Below, in pieces: positions 1 to 10,062 of a stretch of 64,000 bases of DNA. The notes below the pieces were generated by a model. That model was not told the origin of the DNA. It made no database searches and saw only the letters and a program-made list of their open reading frames with translations. The position numbers and the translations under genes are program-made. The number at the start of each line of letters is the position of its first letter. Within the stretch, counting starts at the first letter, position 1. Origin of the DNA: an uncultured Nitrospinaceae bacterium (GTDB lineage Bacteria; UBA8248). The DNA lies in NCBI GenBank assembly GCA_964005815.1, contig CAXFSR010000013.1, positions 23,722 through 87,721 of the forward strand, read 5' to 3'.

Positions 1-1206
1 GCTGGCATCTAAACCATCAAATAAGATTCTCCCACTTGAAGGCAAATAAAATTGGGGAATAAGATCGAGAAGTGTTGTTTTACCAGCTCCACTTAATCCT
101 ACAAAAGCAACTAATGAACCACGCTTTATCTCTATGTTTATATCCTTTAAAACGGGGACGCTGTCATATTCGAAATTTACATCCTCAATTCTGATTTCAT
201 TTGTAAGTTTATTCATTTTCTTTGTTCGAACCGCTACCTCTTCTGGAGGTTCATTATCAATCAATTCAAAAACGGATTGTCCACCAGCTATACCTTCCAT
301 CATATTATTATAAACTCTTGTAAGAGATTTGAGAGGACTATAAATCATACCAATAGCAACGAGGAAACTAGAAAATTCTCCTGGTGTTACTTCTCCCTTT
401 ATTACCATCATAGAACCAAACCATAAAACAGTAGCTGCTATAACTCCTCCAATAGCTTCAACTAGTGGCGGTGCAAGTGCTCTTACTCTAAGAACTCTTT
501 TCATATTGGCAAAAAATGAAAAATTAGATCTATCGAACCTTATCTCTTCAATTTTTTCTGCTCCATATGCTTTTACTTCTTTAATACCAGAGTATGTTTC
601 TTTCATTAAACTACTAATATCTCCCATACGTTCTTGATTACCTCTAGTTGCACGACGAATTTTTTCACCAAGTCGGAAGACTATATAAGAAATAGGGGGA
701 ACCGCTATGATAAAAAAGAATGACATTTTCGGGCTCTGATAGAATGCCACCGAGAGGAGTGCAATAAAAGTAAAAAAATAACGTGCTAAATCACGTAAAG
801 AACTAGATACTGCTTTCTGCATCAATGAAATATCAAACAAAACCTTAGACATTAATTCGCCTGTAGTTTTTTGTTCGAAGAAATGTAAAGGAAAAGACAT
901 CATACGAGAATGAAGCTTAGAACGAACATCTACAACTACCCTATGGCCAACCCATTCCATGAAATAACTTTGAAAATATGAAAAAATTCCTTTAAACAAA
1001 TAAATTACGACTAATACTAAGGATAGCAATACTGCCATTTTTATATTTTTAGAAATAAGCACATCATCAACTGCATATTTCACAAGTAGAGCAGGAAATG
1101 CGTTAAGACTCGCAACTACTAAAGTGCATAAGACAGCAAGTCCAAAACGAAGTTTATATGATTTTAGATAATATAAAAGATTTTTTATTACAAAACGTTT
1201 CTTCAA
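1..1206 (-). CDS. msbA: Lipid A-core flippase ABC transporter MsbA (runs off the window's left edge)
   Basis: Not in the ORF track; manual translation. TTG start at 1206 after AAGGGG, then TM helices and Walker A GLSGAGKTT near 75-100; open to base 1; last gene of the LPS core cluster. Confidence 0.85.
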   Translation of the reverse strand, partial: MKKRFVIKNLLYYLKSYKLRFGLAVLCTLVVASLNAFPALLVKYAVDDVLISKNIKMAVLLSLVLVVIYLFKGIFSYFQSYFMEWVGHRVVVDVRSKLHSRMMSFPLHFFEQKTTGELMSKVLFDISLMQKAVSSSLRDLARYFFTFIALLSVAFYQSPKMSFFFIIAVPPISYIVFRLGEKIRRATRGNQERMGDISSLMKETYSGIKEVKAYGAEKIEEIRFDRSNFSFFANMKRVLRVRALAPPLVEAIGGVIAATVLWFGSMMVIKGEVTPGEFSSFLVAIGMIYSPLKSLTRVYNNMMEGIAGGQSVFELIDNEPPEEVAVRTKKMNKLTNEIRIEDVNFEYDSVPVLKDINIEIKRGSLVAFVGLSGAGKTTLLDLIPQFYLPSSGRILFDGLDAS

Positions 1207-1226
1207 AGATTCCCCTTAAACAAAAA

Positions 1227-2366
1227 TCACAAAAGATTTAGAGTTTCTTTATAAATCGTCTGAATCTTTTTCGATTGATAATCTCTATGAAATAATTCTT
1301 CAACGTGAGTTCTTCCGTTTCTTCCAAAAGAATCACGCAATTCCTTATTAATAATTATTTCTTTAAAAGATTCAACTAACTTTTTCTCGTCACCATATGG
1401 TACTGAAAATGCATTCTCTCCATGTAGCACTACCTCATCTAAACCTTTAAAATTAGTTACTACATTCGGCAAACCCATCGCCATTGCTTCTAAAACAGCC
1501 CTACAACTTCCCTCAGAACCAGGAGCCATAAGTGTAAATAAGTCCAATCCAGATAGAACCTCAACTAAATCTTCTTCATGATAACCAGCAAATGAAACTG
1601 AATTAGTTAATCCTAATTGTTCTACTTTATGTTCTATATTAGGTAAAAATTCTCCTTTCCCTATAATAATTAATTTCACTTTTTTAAAATCAACGCTTAT
1701 TTTTTTGAATCCTTTTAAGAGAAAATCATATCCTCTATCGTGCGCTAAACGAGAAACAATCCCAATTGCGAAAGATTCCTCATCTACTTCTAAGATTTTC
1801 CTCCCATTTTTTCTGTTTTCTATTCTCTTATTAGGATTAAATTTCTCCAGATCAACTGCACCTTGGACTACATCGATTTTCTGAAAAGGGATCTCTAAAT
1901 TACTATGCAAATAATTTTTAATATATCTATTAACTGCTATTAATTTATCACTAGACTTTGCTAGCAGATAATTGTCAAGAATTGAACTTCTTGAAACTCT
2001 TGAATTATGGATAGTTCTAATAATTTTAGGTGAACTTTTTGCTAGTATTCTAGAAAAAGTTGCTAACCAATGATCAGCAGTCAAGTGTGTATGTATGATG
2101 TCTATCTTAGAATCATCCAAATATTTTGCAAAAGAATTAACAAAATTAAAAATTTCAAAAGGATTCAATTTTCGAGTTGGAACAAATTTTCTGATAACCT
2201 TTAAATTATTTTGTTCAGCTTTCTTTTCTAATTCTTCACCCAAGATACAAGAAAAATCAACATTATGCCCTAAATCAGACAACCCGATGGAAAGTTGTAA
2301 TACTGGCTCGGAAGCACCAGTCCACCAAGGACTAGATATGATTTGAATGATATTTAATGACTTCAA
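1227..2366 (-). CDS. GT4 family glycosyltransferase (LPS core)
   Basis: GT-B fold motifs DIIHTH and EGSCRAVLEAMAMGLP; LPS context. Confidence 0.88.
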   Translation of the reverse strand: MKSLNIIQIISSPWWTGASEPVLQLSIGLSDLGHNVDFSCILGEELEKKAEQNNLKVIRKFVPTRKLNPFEIFNFVNSFAKYLDDSKIDIIHTHLTADHWLATFSRILAKSSPKIIRTIHNSRVSRSSILDNYLLAKSSDKLIAVNRYIKNYLHSNLEIPFQKIDVVQGAVDLEKFNPNKRIENRKNGRKILEVDEESFAIGIVSRLAHDRGYDFLLKGFKKISVDFKKVKLIIIGKGEFLPNIEHKVEQLGLTNSVSFAGYHEEDLVEVLSGLDLFTLMAPGSEGSCRAVLEAMAMGLPNVVTNFKGLDEVVLHGENAFSVPYGDEKKLVESFKEIIINKELRDSFGRNGRTHVEELFHRDYQSKKIQTIYKETLNLL

Positions 2367-3457
2367 TCAGAAATAACCTCTTCGTAAAAGAATAAAGTCC
2401 TTTTTATCATTTTTTCTAGACTAAAATTTCTATCAACGAATTCTTGTCCCATATTACCCATTCTTTCTCTTATTTTTTTATTTTTTAATAGAATCCGTAT
2501 CCCATTTGCTAATGCCATACTATCCTTTGAAGGCACAACAAGACCAGCTTTTGAGGGAAAGAGAACCTCTGGGACGCCCCCGATATTTGTCCCCACTATT
2601 GGAACACCCATAGACATAGACTGCAAAGCAACTTGAGGTATTCCTTCCGTTCTCGTAGAAGCAATAACAAGTAAATCTAGTCCTGCCATAACTGTCGGGA
2701 TATCTTCTCTATACCCAAGAAAGAACACTCTACTATTTAACAAATTCGATTCAGCCGCTTTCTTCTCATATAAATCTCTGCCTTCACCATCACCTATGAT
2801 ATAGAATCTTGCTTTCTCAGATGACAACTGACGAATAGCTTCTAAAAAATCTAAATGGCCTTTGCTACCTCGAAGTTGAGCAACCATTCCAACTAATAAG
2901 GTTTCTTCGGGAACTTGCATTTCAGATTTAAAAAGGCTCTTTGAGATATCTCTATTAAAAACCGAAGTATCCACACCTGTAGGAACAACTTCAATTTTAG
3001 AAGGATCGCAAGATTTTGAAGAAATAAGTAATTTTTTTATAACTTCTGCAGTTGTAAAAATTTTTCTTGGCAATCGATAAACTAAGTTAAAAGTGTGCCC
3101 TTTGATAGGAACAGAAACATGTCTCGTTCTAAAAACGGGAATACGCATTAAACGACCAACTAGACCACCTATCCAACTATCTATACTACTATGTGTATGA
3201 ATTAAATCAGGTTTGTATTTAAAAATTAAGAATATAAATTTAAAAAAAGATATTAGATCCCATGAAAATCTCATTCTTAGTTTACAAAAAGGAATAGATC
3301 GGGATTCAGCTTCTTTTCCTAGTCTACTATTAGGTTGACCAACTATAAGAATCTTATGACCTTTAGCTATCAAAGAAAGCGATTCCAATAAAATTCTTTT
3401 TTCTTGTCCACCAAAACCTTCTGATGCTTCTGTATGGATTATTTTAAGAGACCTCAT
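2363..3457 (-). CDS. GT4 family glycosyltransferase (LPS core)
   Basis: GGQE, PDLIHTHSS and EGIPQVALQSMSMGVP motifs. Start moved to the ATG at 3457 (MRSLKII) from 3487 in the track. Confidence 0.88.
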   Translation of the reverse strand: MRSLKIIHTEASEGFGGQEKRILLESLSLIAKGHKILIVGQPNSRLGKEAESRSIPFCKLRMRFSWDLISFFKFIFLIFKYKPDLIHTHSSIDSWIGGLVGRLMRIPVFRTRHVSVPIKGHTFNLVYRLPRKIFTTAEVIKKLLISSKSCDPSKIEVVPTGVDTSVFNRDISKSLFKSEMQVPEETLLVGMVAQLRGSKGHLDFLEAIRQLSSEKARFYIIGDGEGRDLYEKKAAESNLLNSRVFFLGYREDIPTVMAGLDLLVIASTRTEGIPQVALQSMSMGVPIVGTNIGGVPEVLFPSKAGLVVPSKDSMALANGIRILLKNKKIRERMGNMGQEFVDRNFSLEKMIKRTLFFYEEVISD

Positions 3458-4217
3458 TCTTCTTCTTAAACTCCAAAATAATGGCAAATCTCATAAAAAC
3501 ATACCATGCTAAACCAGCACTGACTATAAAACCTTCAAGTCCATCTTTCCAACCAGATTTAATGATATAACTACGAAAAAATCTCCATAATGGTCGAAAA
3601 AAAATATCTGTCTTTTTTGATGAAATTTTTTTCTTTAAACTTTCTTGGGCTGACAAAATAGCATAATCTTTTTGACGCTGAAAAAAATCAGAGACATTTT
3701 CATAACTATAATGAAGAATAGGTTCATCCAATTGATAAACTTTACCATCTACCTGAACTGATTCATGAACCTGTCTATCGTTAAAGGAAGCTTTTTCTTT
3801 TTTAAAGAGTCGTATTTGATAATCGGGCCAGAGATCTCCGTTTTTCAACCATTTTCCAAAGAAGATATTTTTTCTTGGAAATCTATATCCTTTATAGATG
3901 CTATCCTTATCAAAAATTTCAAAAAGAATCTTCATTAAGTCATCTGAAATTCTTTCATCTGCATCCAAACTCAAGATCCACTGATTTTTTGCCTGTTGAA
4001 TTGCAAAGTTCTTCTGATCAGAATAACCAACCCACTCTCTTTCAATAACATCGGCACCTAATCCCCTAGAAATATCACAAGTTCTATCTTCACTCCCTGA
4101 ATCAACTACTAATATTTCATCTGCCCATAAAACACTTTTAATACACTCAGAAATATTAGCTTCTTCGTCTCTTGTAACTATTACAACAGAAACTTTTTTT
4201 TTCATTATAAAACTCAT
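3444..4217 (-). CDS. GT2 glycosyltransferase, WaaE/KdtX-like
   Basis: VVDSGSEDRT, LDADE and VHES motifs typical of LPS core beta-glucosyltransferases. Confidence 0.85.
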   Translation of the reverse strand: MSFIMKKKVSVVIVTRDEEANISECIKSVLWADEILVVDSGSEDRTCDISRGLGADVIEREWVGYSDQKNFAIQQAKNQWILSLDADERISDDLMKILFEIFDKDSIYKGYRFPRKNIFFGKWLKNGDLWPDYQIRLFKKEKASFNDRQVHESVQVDGKVYQLDEPILHYSYENVSDFFQRQKDYAILSAQESLKKKISSKKTDIFFRPLWRFFRSYIIKSGWKDGLEGFIVSAGLAWYVFMRFAIILEFKKKNEVS

Positions 4218-4253
4218 TTTTATTAAGTAACTATTGATTTGTAAAATTTATCT

Positions 4254-4445
4254 TTATTGATTTTTTGCCCATTCTTCTAAATCAACAGCTTCATCTACAA
4301 GGAGTACCGGTATACCATCCTCAATTCTATATACTTTTTCAGCCACTCTGCTTATCAAAAATTTTCCGTCTTCACTAAGTTCAAGCGGCTTTTTACAAAT
4401 AGGACACGCGAGAATTGAGAGAAAGTCATCACTAATACTCATCAT
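4254..4445 (-). CDS. Trm112 family protein (YcaR-like)
   Basis: ILACPICKKPL...YRIEDGIPVLLVDEA signature; GGAG RBS. Confidence 0.9.
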   Translation of the reverse strand: MMSISDDFLSILACPICKKPLELSEDGKFLISRVAEKVYRIEDGIPVLLVDEAVDLEEWAKNQ

Positions 4446-4467
4446 TGTCTCCTTAATTAATTATCAT

Positions 4468-5538
4468 TTATTTTAAAGTAAAATTACCCTGTTTTCTTCC
4501 CCAACTTTTTTCTAAAGCATTTTCTACTTCTTTTACACTAATTAAAGACATACACTCTATAAAGTCACATTTTCGTAAATAACATTCACTACATGCAAGT
4601 GAATGGTAGAGAATCATATTTTTATCTCCCCAAGGACGATTTCTTTCAGGATCTGTTGGACCCATTAGGGTTATACAATCTAAGCCTAAAGCCGCAGCTA
4701 AGTGAGAAGGACCTGTATCTCCTCCTAAGAAAAAATCACCTCTCCTAATTAGTGAAATAATTTCTCTAATACTACAAAAAGGAAAGATCAACCCATCTTC
4801 ATTCATTAAATTTAAGATCTTTTCAACTAATTCCTTTTCCCCTGGTCCCCACGAAAAAAGGACTCTCCCTTTTGTTAAATTAACCCAAAAATCTGCGACT
4901 TTTGCAAAACGAGATGGATCCCATTGTTTTGTTATCCAACCTCCGCCAGGATGTACAATAAGAATCGGCCCATTCGACTTTAAATTATTTTCAACATAAA
5001 AAGATTCAGCCTTTTCAAATTCGTCCCTATTTTCAATTAATGGAAAACGAAAATCTTTATGTTCAGGTATAGGGATTTTTAATGGCTCTAATAATGAAAG
5101 ATTTTTTTTTATGACATGCGATTTCAAATCAGAAGGAGCAGCATATTTATTCGAAAAAAAAGCATTAGCCCTCTCTCTGCATAAATTTTGCTCGAAACCA
5201 ACACGAATCTTTGCTCTTGAAATAAAGGACAAAAATCCACTTTTAATAAGTCCTTGAGGATCTATAGCAACATCAGGCGCAATATTTTTCAATTCCTTTA
5301 GAGAACCCAAAAATCCTGAAATAGAATTTAAATTTATTTTTGTTCTTAAAAGTTTACTATCAACCGTCAAAATTTGATCTATATCCGGATTTCCATGTAA
5401 AATTTCAGCATAAATCGATTCAACTATCCACACAATTTCTGCACTAGGCATAAAATCTTTGATAGCTGAGGCTATAGGTAACGAGTGTATTATATCACCT
5501 ATAGCTCCTAGACGAATTATCAAGAATCTTCTTTTCAT
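4468..5538 (-). CDS. waaC: LPS heptosyltransferase I (GT9)
   Basis: IIRLGAIGDIIH, IDPQGLIKS and GDTGPSHLAAA motifs. Confidence 0.8.
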   Translation of the reverse strand: MKRRFLIIRLGAIGDIIHSLPIASAIKDFMPSAEIVWIVESIYAEILHGNPDIDQILTVDSKLLRTKINLNSISGFLGSLKELKNIAPDVAIDPQGLIKSGFLSFISRAKIRVGFEQNLCRERANAFFSNKYAAPSDLKSHVIKKNLSLLEPLKIPIPEHKDFRFPLIENRDEFEKAESFYVENNLKSNGPILIVHPGGGWITKQWDPSRFAKVADFWVNLTKGRVLFSWGPGEKELVEKILNLMNEDGLIFPFCSIREIISLIRRGDFFLGGDTGPSHLAAALGLDCITLMGPTDPERNRPWGDKNMILYHSLACSECYLRKCDFIECMSLISVKEVENALEKSWGRKQGNFTLK

Positions 5539-5540
5539 TT

Positions 5541-6056
5541 TTAATTCGATTTTTTTAAAATTTTACCTAATTCAGTTGATGAATGATTTTTTGGATCACC
5601 ACATATCAAGATTTTACCACCATATTTCTCAACTATATCTTTCTCAGGAACGTTATCTAAAGTGTAATCAGTTCCTTTAACATGAAAATGAGGTTGTATA
5701 TCTAATAGAATTTTACTTACATCCAATTCTTCAAAAAGAAGAATATAATCCACACAAATTAATTCAGAAATTATTTGCAGCCTTTCAACTTCTGGAATAA
5801 AAGGTCTACCTTCTCCTTTTAAGACTTTAGTAGATTCATCACTGTTTATCCCCACGATCAATAAATCTCCACTATCTTTTGCTTCACGAAGATATCTTAT
5901 ATGACCAACATGAAGTATATCGAAACATCCATTTGCAAAAACAATGATTTTACCTTCTTCTTTTCTCTTTTCGATTTCCAATTTCAGTTGTTCTAAGCAC
6001 CATAATTTTCCTAAAAATTCATCATTTTTGTTCAAATTTTCATCCTTCAAGAGCAC
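5541..6056 (-). CDS. hldC: D-glycero-beta-D-manno-heptose 1-phosphate adenylyltransferase (RfaE domain II); start uncertain, TTG at 6035 possible
   Basis: NGCFDILHVGH (HxGH), VGINSD, KGTDY and HSST motifs. Confidence 0.88.
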   Translation of the reverse strand: MLLKDENLNKNDEFLGKLWCLEQLKLEIEKRKEEGKIIVFANGCFDILHVGHIRYLREAKDSGDLLIVGINSDESTKVLKGEGRPFIPEVERLQIISELICVDYILLFEELDVSKILLDIQPHFHVKGTDYTLDNVPEKDIVEKYGGKILICGDPKNHSSTELGKILKKSN

Positions 6057-7023
6057 GAATCAGTTCATCTACTTTCACTACAGCAGTCCCCATTTTCATA
6101 ACTACTAAACCTGCTGCAATACTTGCAATCTCTGTTGACTCTTTCAGACTTGCTCCAGACGCAAGTGAAAGCGTGAAAGCAGCAATGACTGTATCACCAG
6201 CACCAGTAACATCCGCAACTTGATCAGAACCAAAAATCGGAACATCAGTTCTGAAATTTTCTTTTTGGAAAACACTCATTCCTTTCTTTCCACGAGTTAT
6301 GAGAACGGATTTAGAATTAGTGATCTTCAAAAGTTCTTTGCCTGCCTGATCAATTTTCTCATCATTTGGATAAAACCCAATTGCATCTTCTACCTCTTCT
6401 TCGTTAGGCGTTATTGCAGTTACACCCTTAAAATCTGTACACGACCAGCGACTATCAACTGTAACAATAATTTGATTCGAAATTTTTTCTATAAATTTTC
6501 GAATTTTTTCACTAACTACACCTAAACCATAATCTGATACAATTAATGCGTCTAAACCTTCTTCACAGAGTTCTTCAATAGATTTAATAATCTGAAATTC
6601 CATTTTTTCTGAAAAATCTCTTTTTTTCTCGTTATCTACACGTATAACCTGTTGTCGGGTAGTATTTCTTCCTCCAGCCAAGATTCTTTTCTTAGTAGGA
6701 GTAAGAGTTTCACTATCAAGAAAAATTTTATCCACATTGATTTTATTTGAAAACATTTTATCCTTAAGTTCTTTACCCTCCATATCATTTCCAACTACTC
6801 CAACTGCAAACACCTTACTACTAAGTGAAGAGGCATTCATTGCGGCATTTCCACCCCCGCCAGGTAATAAGGATCTATCTTGGAAATCTAAAACTATAAC
6901 TGGAGCTTCTCTGCTTATCCTAGAAGTTTCTCCATAAATAAATTCATCTGCTATAAAGTCACCAACTACCGCAACTCTTAATGATGAAAATTTAGAAAAA
7001 TATTTTTTTAATACTTGAGCCAT
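6040..7023 (-). CDS. hldA: D-glycero-beta-D-manno-heptose-7-phosphate kinase (RfaE domain I, PfkB family)
   Basis: RISREAPV, PGGGGN, ITPNEEE and DVTGAGDT motifs. Confidence 0.9.
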   Translation of the reverse strand: MAQVLKKYFSKFSSLRVAVVGDFIADEFIYGETSRISREAPVIVLDFQDRSLLPGGGGNAAMNASSLSSKVFAVGVVGNDMEGKELKDKMFSNKINVDKIFLDSETLTPTKKRILAGGRNTTRQQVIRVDNEKKRDFSEKMEFQIIKSIEELCEEGLDALIVSDYGLGVVSEKIRKFIEKISNQIIVTVDSRWSCTDFKGVTAITPNEEEVEDAIGFYPNDEKIDQAGKELLKITNSKSVLITRGKKGMSVFQKENFRTDVPIFGSDQVADVTGAGDTVIAAFTLSLASGASLKESTEIASIAAGLVVMKMGTAVVKVDELIRALEG

Positions 7024-7032
7024 TTAAAAATC

Positions 7033-7608
7033 CTAAATCTGAGAAAAAATAAGTTCTATTGCGTGGTAAACATCCTCTGCTAAGTAATCTGGTTCACGCA
7101 ACCACTTTTCATTATTTGTTTCAAATTCCCCTCTACCGTATCCAGTTAAAACCAAAGCTGAACGACATCCTGCTGACCAACCAGACTCTAAATCAGAAAA
7201 TTTATCACCAATCATAAACGATTGTTCTAAATCAATATCATATTCGTGTGCTGCCTTTAAAATCATTCCTGGTTTTGGTTTCCTCATCTCACAGTCCTTA
7301 GAAAATAGATTTTCGCTTCCAAGAGGGACATGAGGACAATAATAAATAGCATCTAAATTAGCATTTTTTCTTTTCAACTCTTTTTGTAATTTTTCATGGA
7401 CTTCTTCAATCATTGATTCCGCGAAATATCCTCTCGCAACACCTGCTTGATTTGTTACCAAAATTGCCAAAAAACCTGCATCATTTATTTTCTTTACTGC
7501 ATCTCCTGCACGAGGAAGTAGTTCATAATCATCTAAATGTGTTACATATCCAACATCTCGATTTAAGGTACCATCACGATCTAAAAAAATTGCTTTTTTC
7601 TTTTTCAA
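7033..7608 (-). CDS. gmhB: D,D-heptose 1,7-bisphosphate phosphatase
   Basis: FLDRDGT, TNQAG, CPH, RKPKPG and MIGD motifs; GGAGG RBS before the TTG. Confidence 0.92.
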   Translation of the reverse strand: MKKKKAIFLDRDGTLNRDVGYVTHLDDYELLPRAGDAVKKINDAGFLAILVTNQAGVARGYFAESMIEEVHEKLQKELKRKNANLDAIYYCPHVPLGSENLFSKDCEMRKPKPGMILKAAHEYDIDLEQSFMIGDKFSDLESGWSAGCRSALVLTGYGRGEFETNNEKWLREPDYLAEDVYHAIELIFSQI

Positions 7609-7625
7609 CTCAGCCTCCGTCTATT

Positions 7626-8660
7626 TTACAAGATATTTTTCAATCTATTTTCAACATCCGAAACTGTAATTTTTTCCATACAGTCATGATGTTGTAAAGG
7701 ACATTCTCTCTTGAAACATGGACTACAATCTAAATTCTCATATATATAAAAATTATTAGATCCTCTTGGAGCTGTTAATTTTGGATCAGTAGACCCAAAG
7801 ATAGAAATCGTGGGTGTTCCCACCAAGGAGGCAATATGTAACGGACCCGTATCACCGGATATAAAAGCATCAAGCATAGAAAGTAATCCAGGTAAGATTA
7901 ATAAATTGTCTCTACCAAAAAAATTTAGTGCTTTTCCTTTAGAATATTTTACAACCATTTCAGTTAATTCCTTCTCCCCTGGACCACCAAAAATCAATAC
8001 ACTGGCATTTTGTTCATCAATTAAACGTTCAGCCAATAATCCAAAATTTTTTGGATTCCAAGTTTTGGAAGACCCGAAAAATGCTCCTGGATGAATACCT
8101 ATAAGAGGTCGTTTCGATAAAACAACATGTTTTTCTAACGTATTTTTCGAAACCTCAAGCAAGTCATCTCTTATTTTAATAAAAATCCTTTCAGAAACTG
8201 GATTCAGTCCATTTGCAACAAGTAATTCGAGATAATAATCCACTAGATTCAAAGATTTATTCTCCGACAAAAAAACTGGATTCGTAAGTAATTGCTTTCT
8301 GAATCTAGTAGAATACCCAATTCTTGATTTTGAACTACTCAAATAACTAATAAAAGCCGAACGAAAACTATTAGGTAAAATCCAAAAAGTATCGAAAGCA
8401 AGTTTATCCTTCAATTTTCCAAATCGAAAAGTTTTCAATAAATACCAGAGATTTTTCTTGTCGAGTTTAATAACCTCATCCACCCAAGGAAAGTTTCTAA
8501 CAAGACCTTCAACCCAAGGATTAACTATAACTCTTATCTTTGAATCAGGGAAATTTAACCGAAGTGAAGCAAAAAACGGTGCTGCCATCGCAGTATCACC
8601 TATCCAGTTGGGAGCCAAAACAGTATGATTTTCAGTAACAGAAAAATCAATATTACCCAA
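7626..8660 (-). CDS. waaF: LPS heptosyltransferase II (GT9)
   Basis: PNWIGD, LPNSFRSA, PGAFFGSSKTW, DTGPLHIA and CSPCFKRECP motifs. Confidence 0.9.
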   Translation of the reverse strand: MGNIDFSVTENHTVLAPNWIGDTAMAAPFFASLRLNFPDSKIRVIVNPWVEGLVRNFPWVDEVIKLDKKNLWYLLKTFRFGKLKDKLAFDTFWILPNSFRSAFISYLSSSKSRIGYSTRFRKQLLTNPVFLSENKSLNLVDYYLELLVANGLNPVSERIFIKIRDDLLEVSKNTLEKHVVLSKRPLIGIHPGAFFGSSKTWNPKNFGLLAERLIDEQNASVLIFGGPGEKELTEMVVKYSKGKALNFFGRDNLLILPGLLSMLDAFISGDTGPLHIASLVGTPTISIFGSTDPKLTAPRGSNNFYIYENLDCSPCFKRECPLQHHDCMEKITVSDVENRLKNIL

Positions 8661-8832
8661 AATGATGATCCTTTAAAAAAGAAATCGAAATTTTACCCTA
8701 ATAATTGTACAATTTTTTTAGTAAACTAAAAAATGTCTTGGGTTCTATGAAAATTTCTTTATTTTCAGTTCGTTTTTTTAATCTTATTAAAATATTTTTA
8801 TAACTTTATAATATGAATTTGGAATTTTTATA

Positions 8833-10062
8833 TTGAAAAAACTTCAAACTTACATTTTAAAAGATATCCTAAGTTGGTCTTTCTTATCACTGCTTTTGCT
8901 AACTTTCATTTTATTAATAGGCAGAATTTTTGAGATAACTCAATTATTAATAATAAATAAGATTCCATTTATTATTGTTTTGAACTTTTTAATGACAACA
9001 CTTCCAATTCTGTTGTTAACTAACATACCAATGGCAATATTAATCTCCACAGGATTAGTATTTAGTAAGCTTTCACATGACAATGAACTATTAGCAATGA
9101 CTTCATCAGGAATGAGTTTTTATAAACAATTAACCCCTGTAATAATATTAGGAATAGTAACTACTCTAATTATGTTTTACTTGACAATTTATGGACTACC
9201 ATGGGGATTCTCAAAAAGCAGAATTATAAGCAAAAAAATTATTTCTATAAGTCAGATCGATTCTAATATACAAGAACAAGTTTTTAAGGAAATTGCAGAT
9301 GGAATAGTAATTTTCGTAGGAAAGAAGAGTAATAAAAGTAAAACATTAAGAGGAATCATCATTTCTGAGTCAAGAGACCAAAAAAACAAAAAAATAATTT
9401 TTGCTAAAAAAGCTATTTTCAGAAAAGATAAAACAAAAAATTTAATAGTTTTTCAATTGTATGATGGTTCAATCCACGCAGAAGTAAATCAATCTCCTAA
9501 AGGAAAAATTATTTCAAACAAGACCATTCCCACAGAAAAAAGAAGTTATAGGATTACACAATTTAAAAAATATCATTTGAAAATTGACTTGGTCCAGAGA
9601 AATGAAAACTTTAGCCCCTTTCGGCTTAGACTTAGGGAGTTGCCTATTGAAAAGCTAAATTATGAAATTAGAAATGCAGAAAGAGATTCAAAAAAAGAAT
9701 TAATGTACCTAATTGAATTTCATAGAAGAATTGCTTTTCCTTTTATTTCTTTAATATTTGCGATGCTAGGAGCATCACTTGGGGTAACAAATCAAAGAAC
9801 TGGAAAACAGGGAGGATTCTTGCTCAGTCTAACTATATTGTTCCTTTACTATCTTCTTGATACTTTTTTCAAAGGCCTTGGTGAGAATGGATTTTTATCA
9901 CCTATTTTCTCGGCATGGGGGGCAAACATAATTCTAACATTTTTGACTCTTTATTCTGTATATAAAGTTAATCGCGAAGGGGATTTCAAAATAATGAAAG
10001 TAATTTCAAAACCCTTCACATCGCTAAATAATTTCACAAATTTAATTAGAAGAAAATCATGA
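8833..10062 (+). CDS. lptF: LPS export ABC permease LptF
   Basis: LptF/G family topology (3 TM, periplasmic domain, 3 TM); LSHDNELLAM and EFHRR motifs; first of the pair. Confidence 0.88.
   Translation: MKKLQTYILKDILSWSFLSLLLLTFILLIGRIFEITQLLIINKIPFIIVLNFLMTTLPILLLTNIPMAILISTGLVFSKLSHDNELLAMTSSGMSFYKQLTPVIILGIVTTLIMFYLTIYGLPWGFSKSRIISKKIISISQIDSNIQEQVFKEIADGIVIFVGKKSNKSKTLRGIIISESRDQKNKKIIFAKKAIFRKDKTKNLIVFQLYDGSIHAEVNQSPKGKIISNKTIPTEKRSYRITQFKKYHLKIDLVQRNENFSPFRLRLRELPIEKLNYEIRNAERDSKKELMYLIEFHRRIAFPFISLIFAMLGASLGVTNQRTGKQGGFLLSLTILFLYYLLDTFFKGLGENGFLSPIFSAWGANIILTFLTLYSVYKVNREGDFKIMKVISKPFTSLNNFTNLIRRKS

Noticed and set aside
7270..7340. GmhB CEMRKP instead of CxCRKP (one Zn ligand lost)
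   Set aside because: The Zn site is variable in this family and the catalytic motifs are intact.
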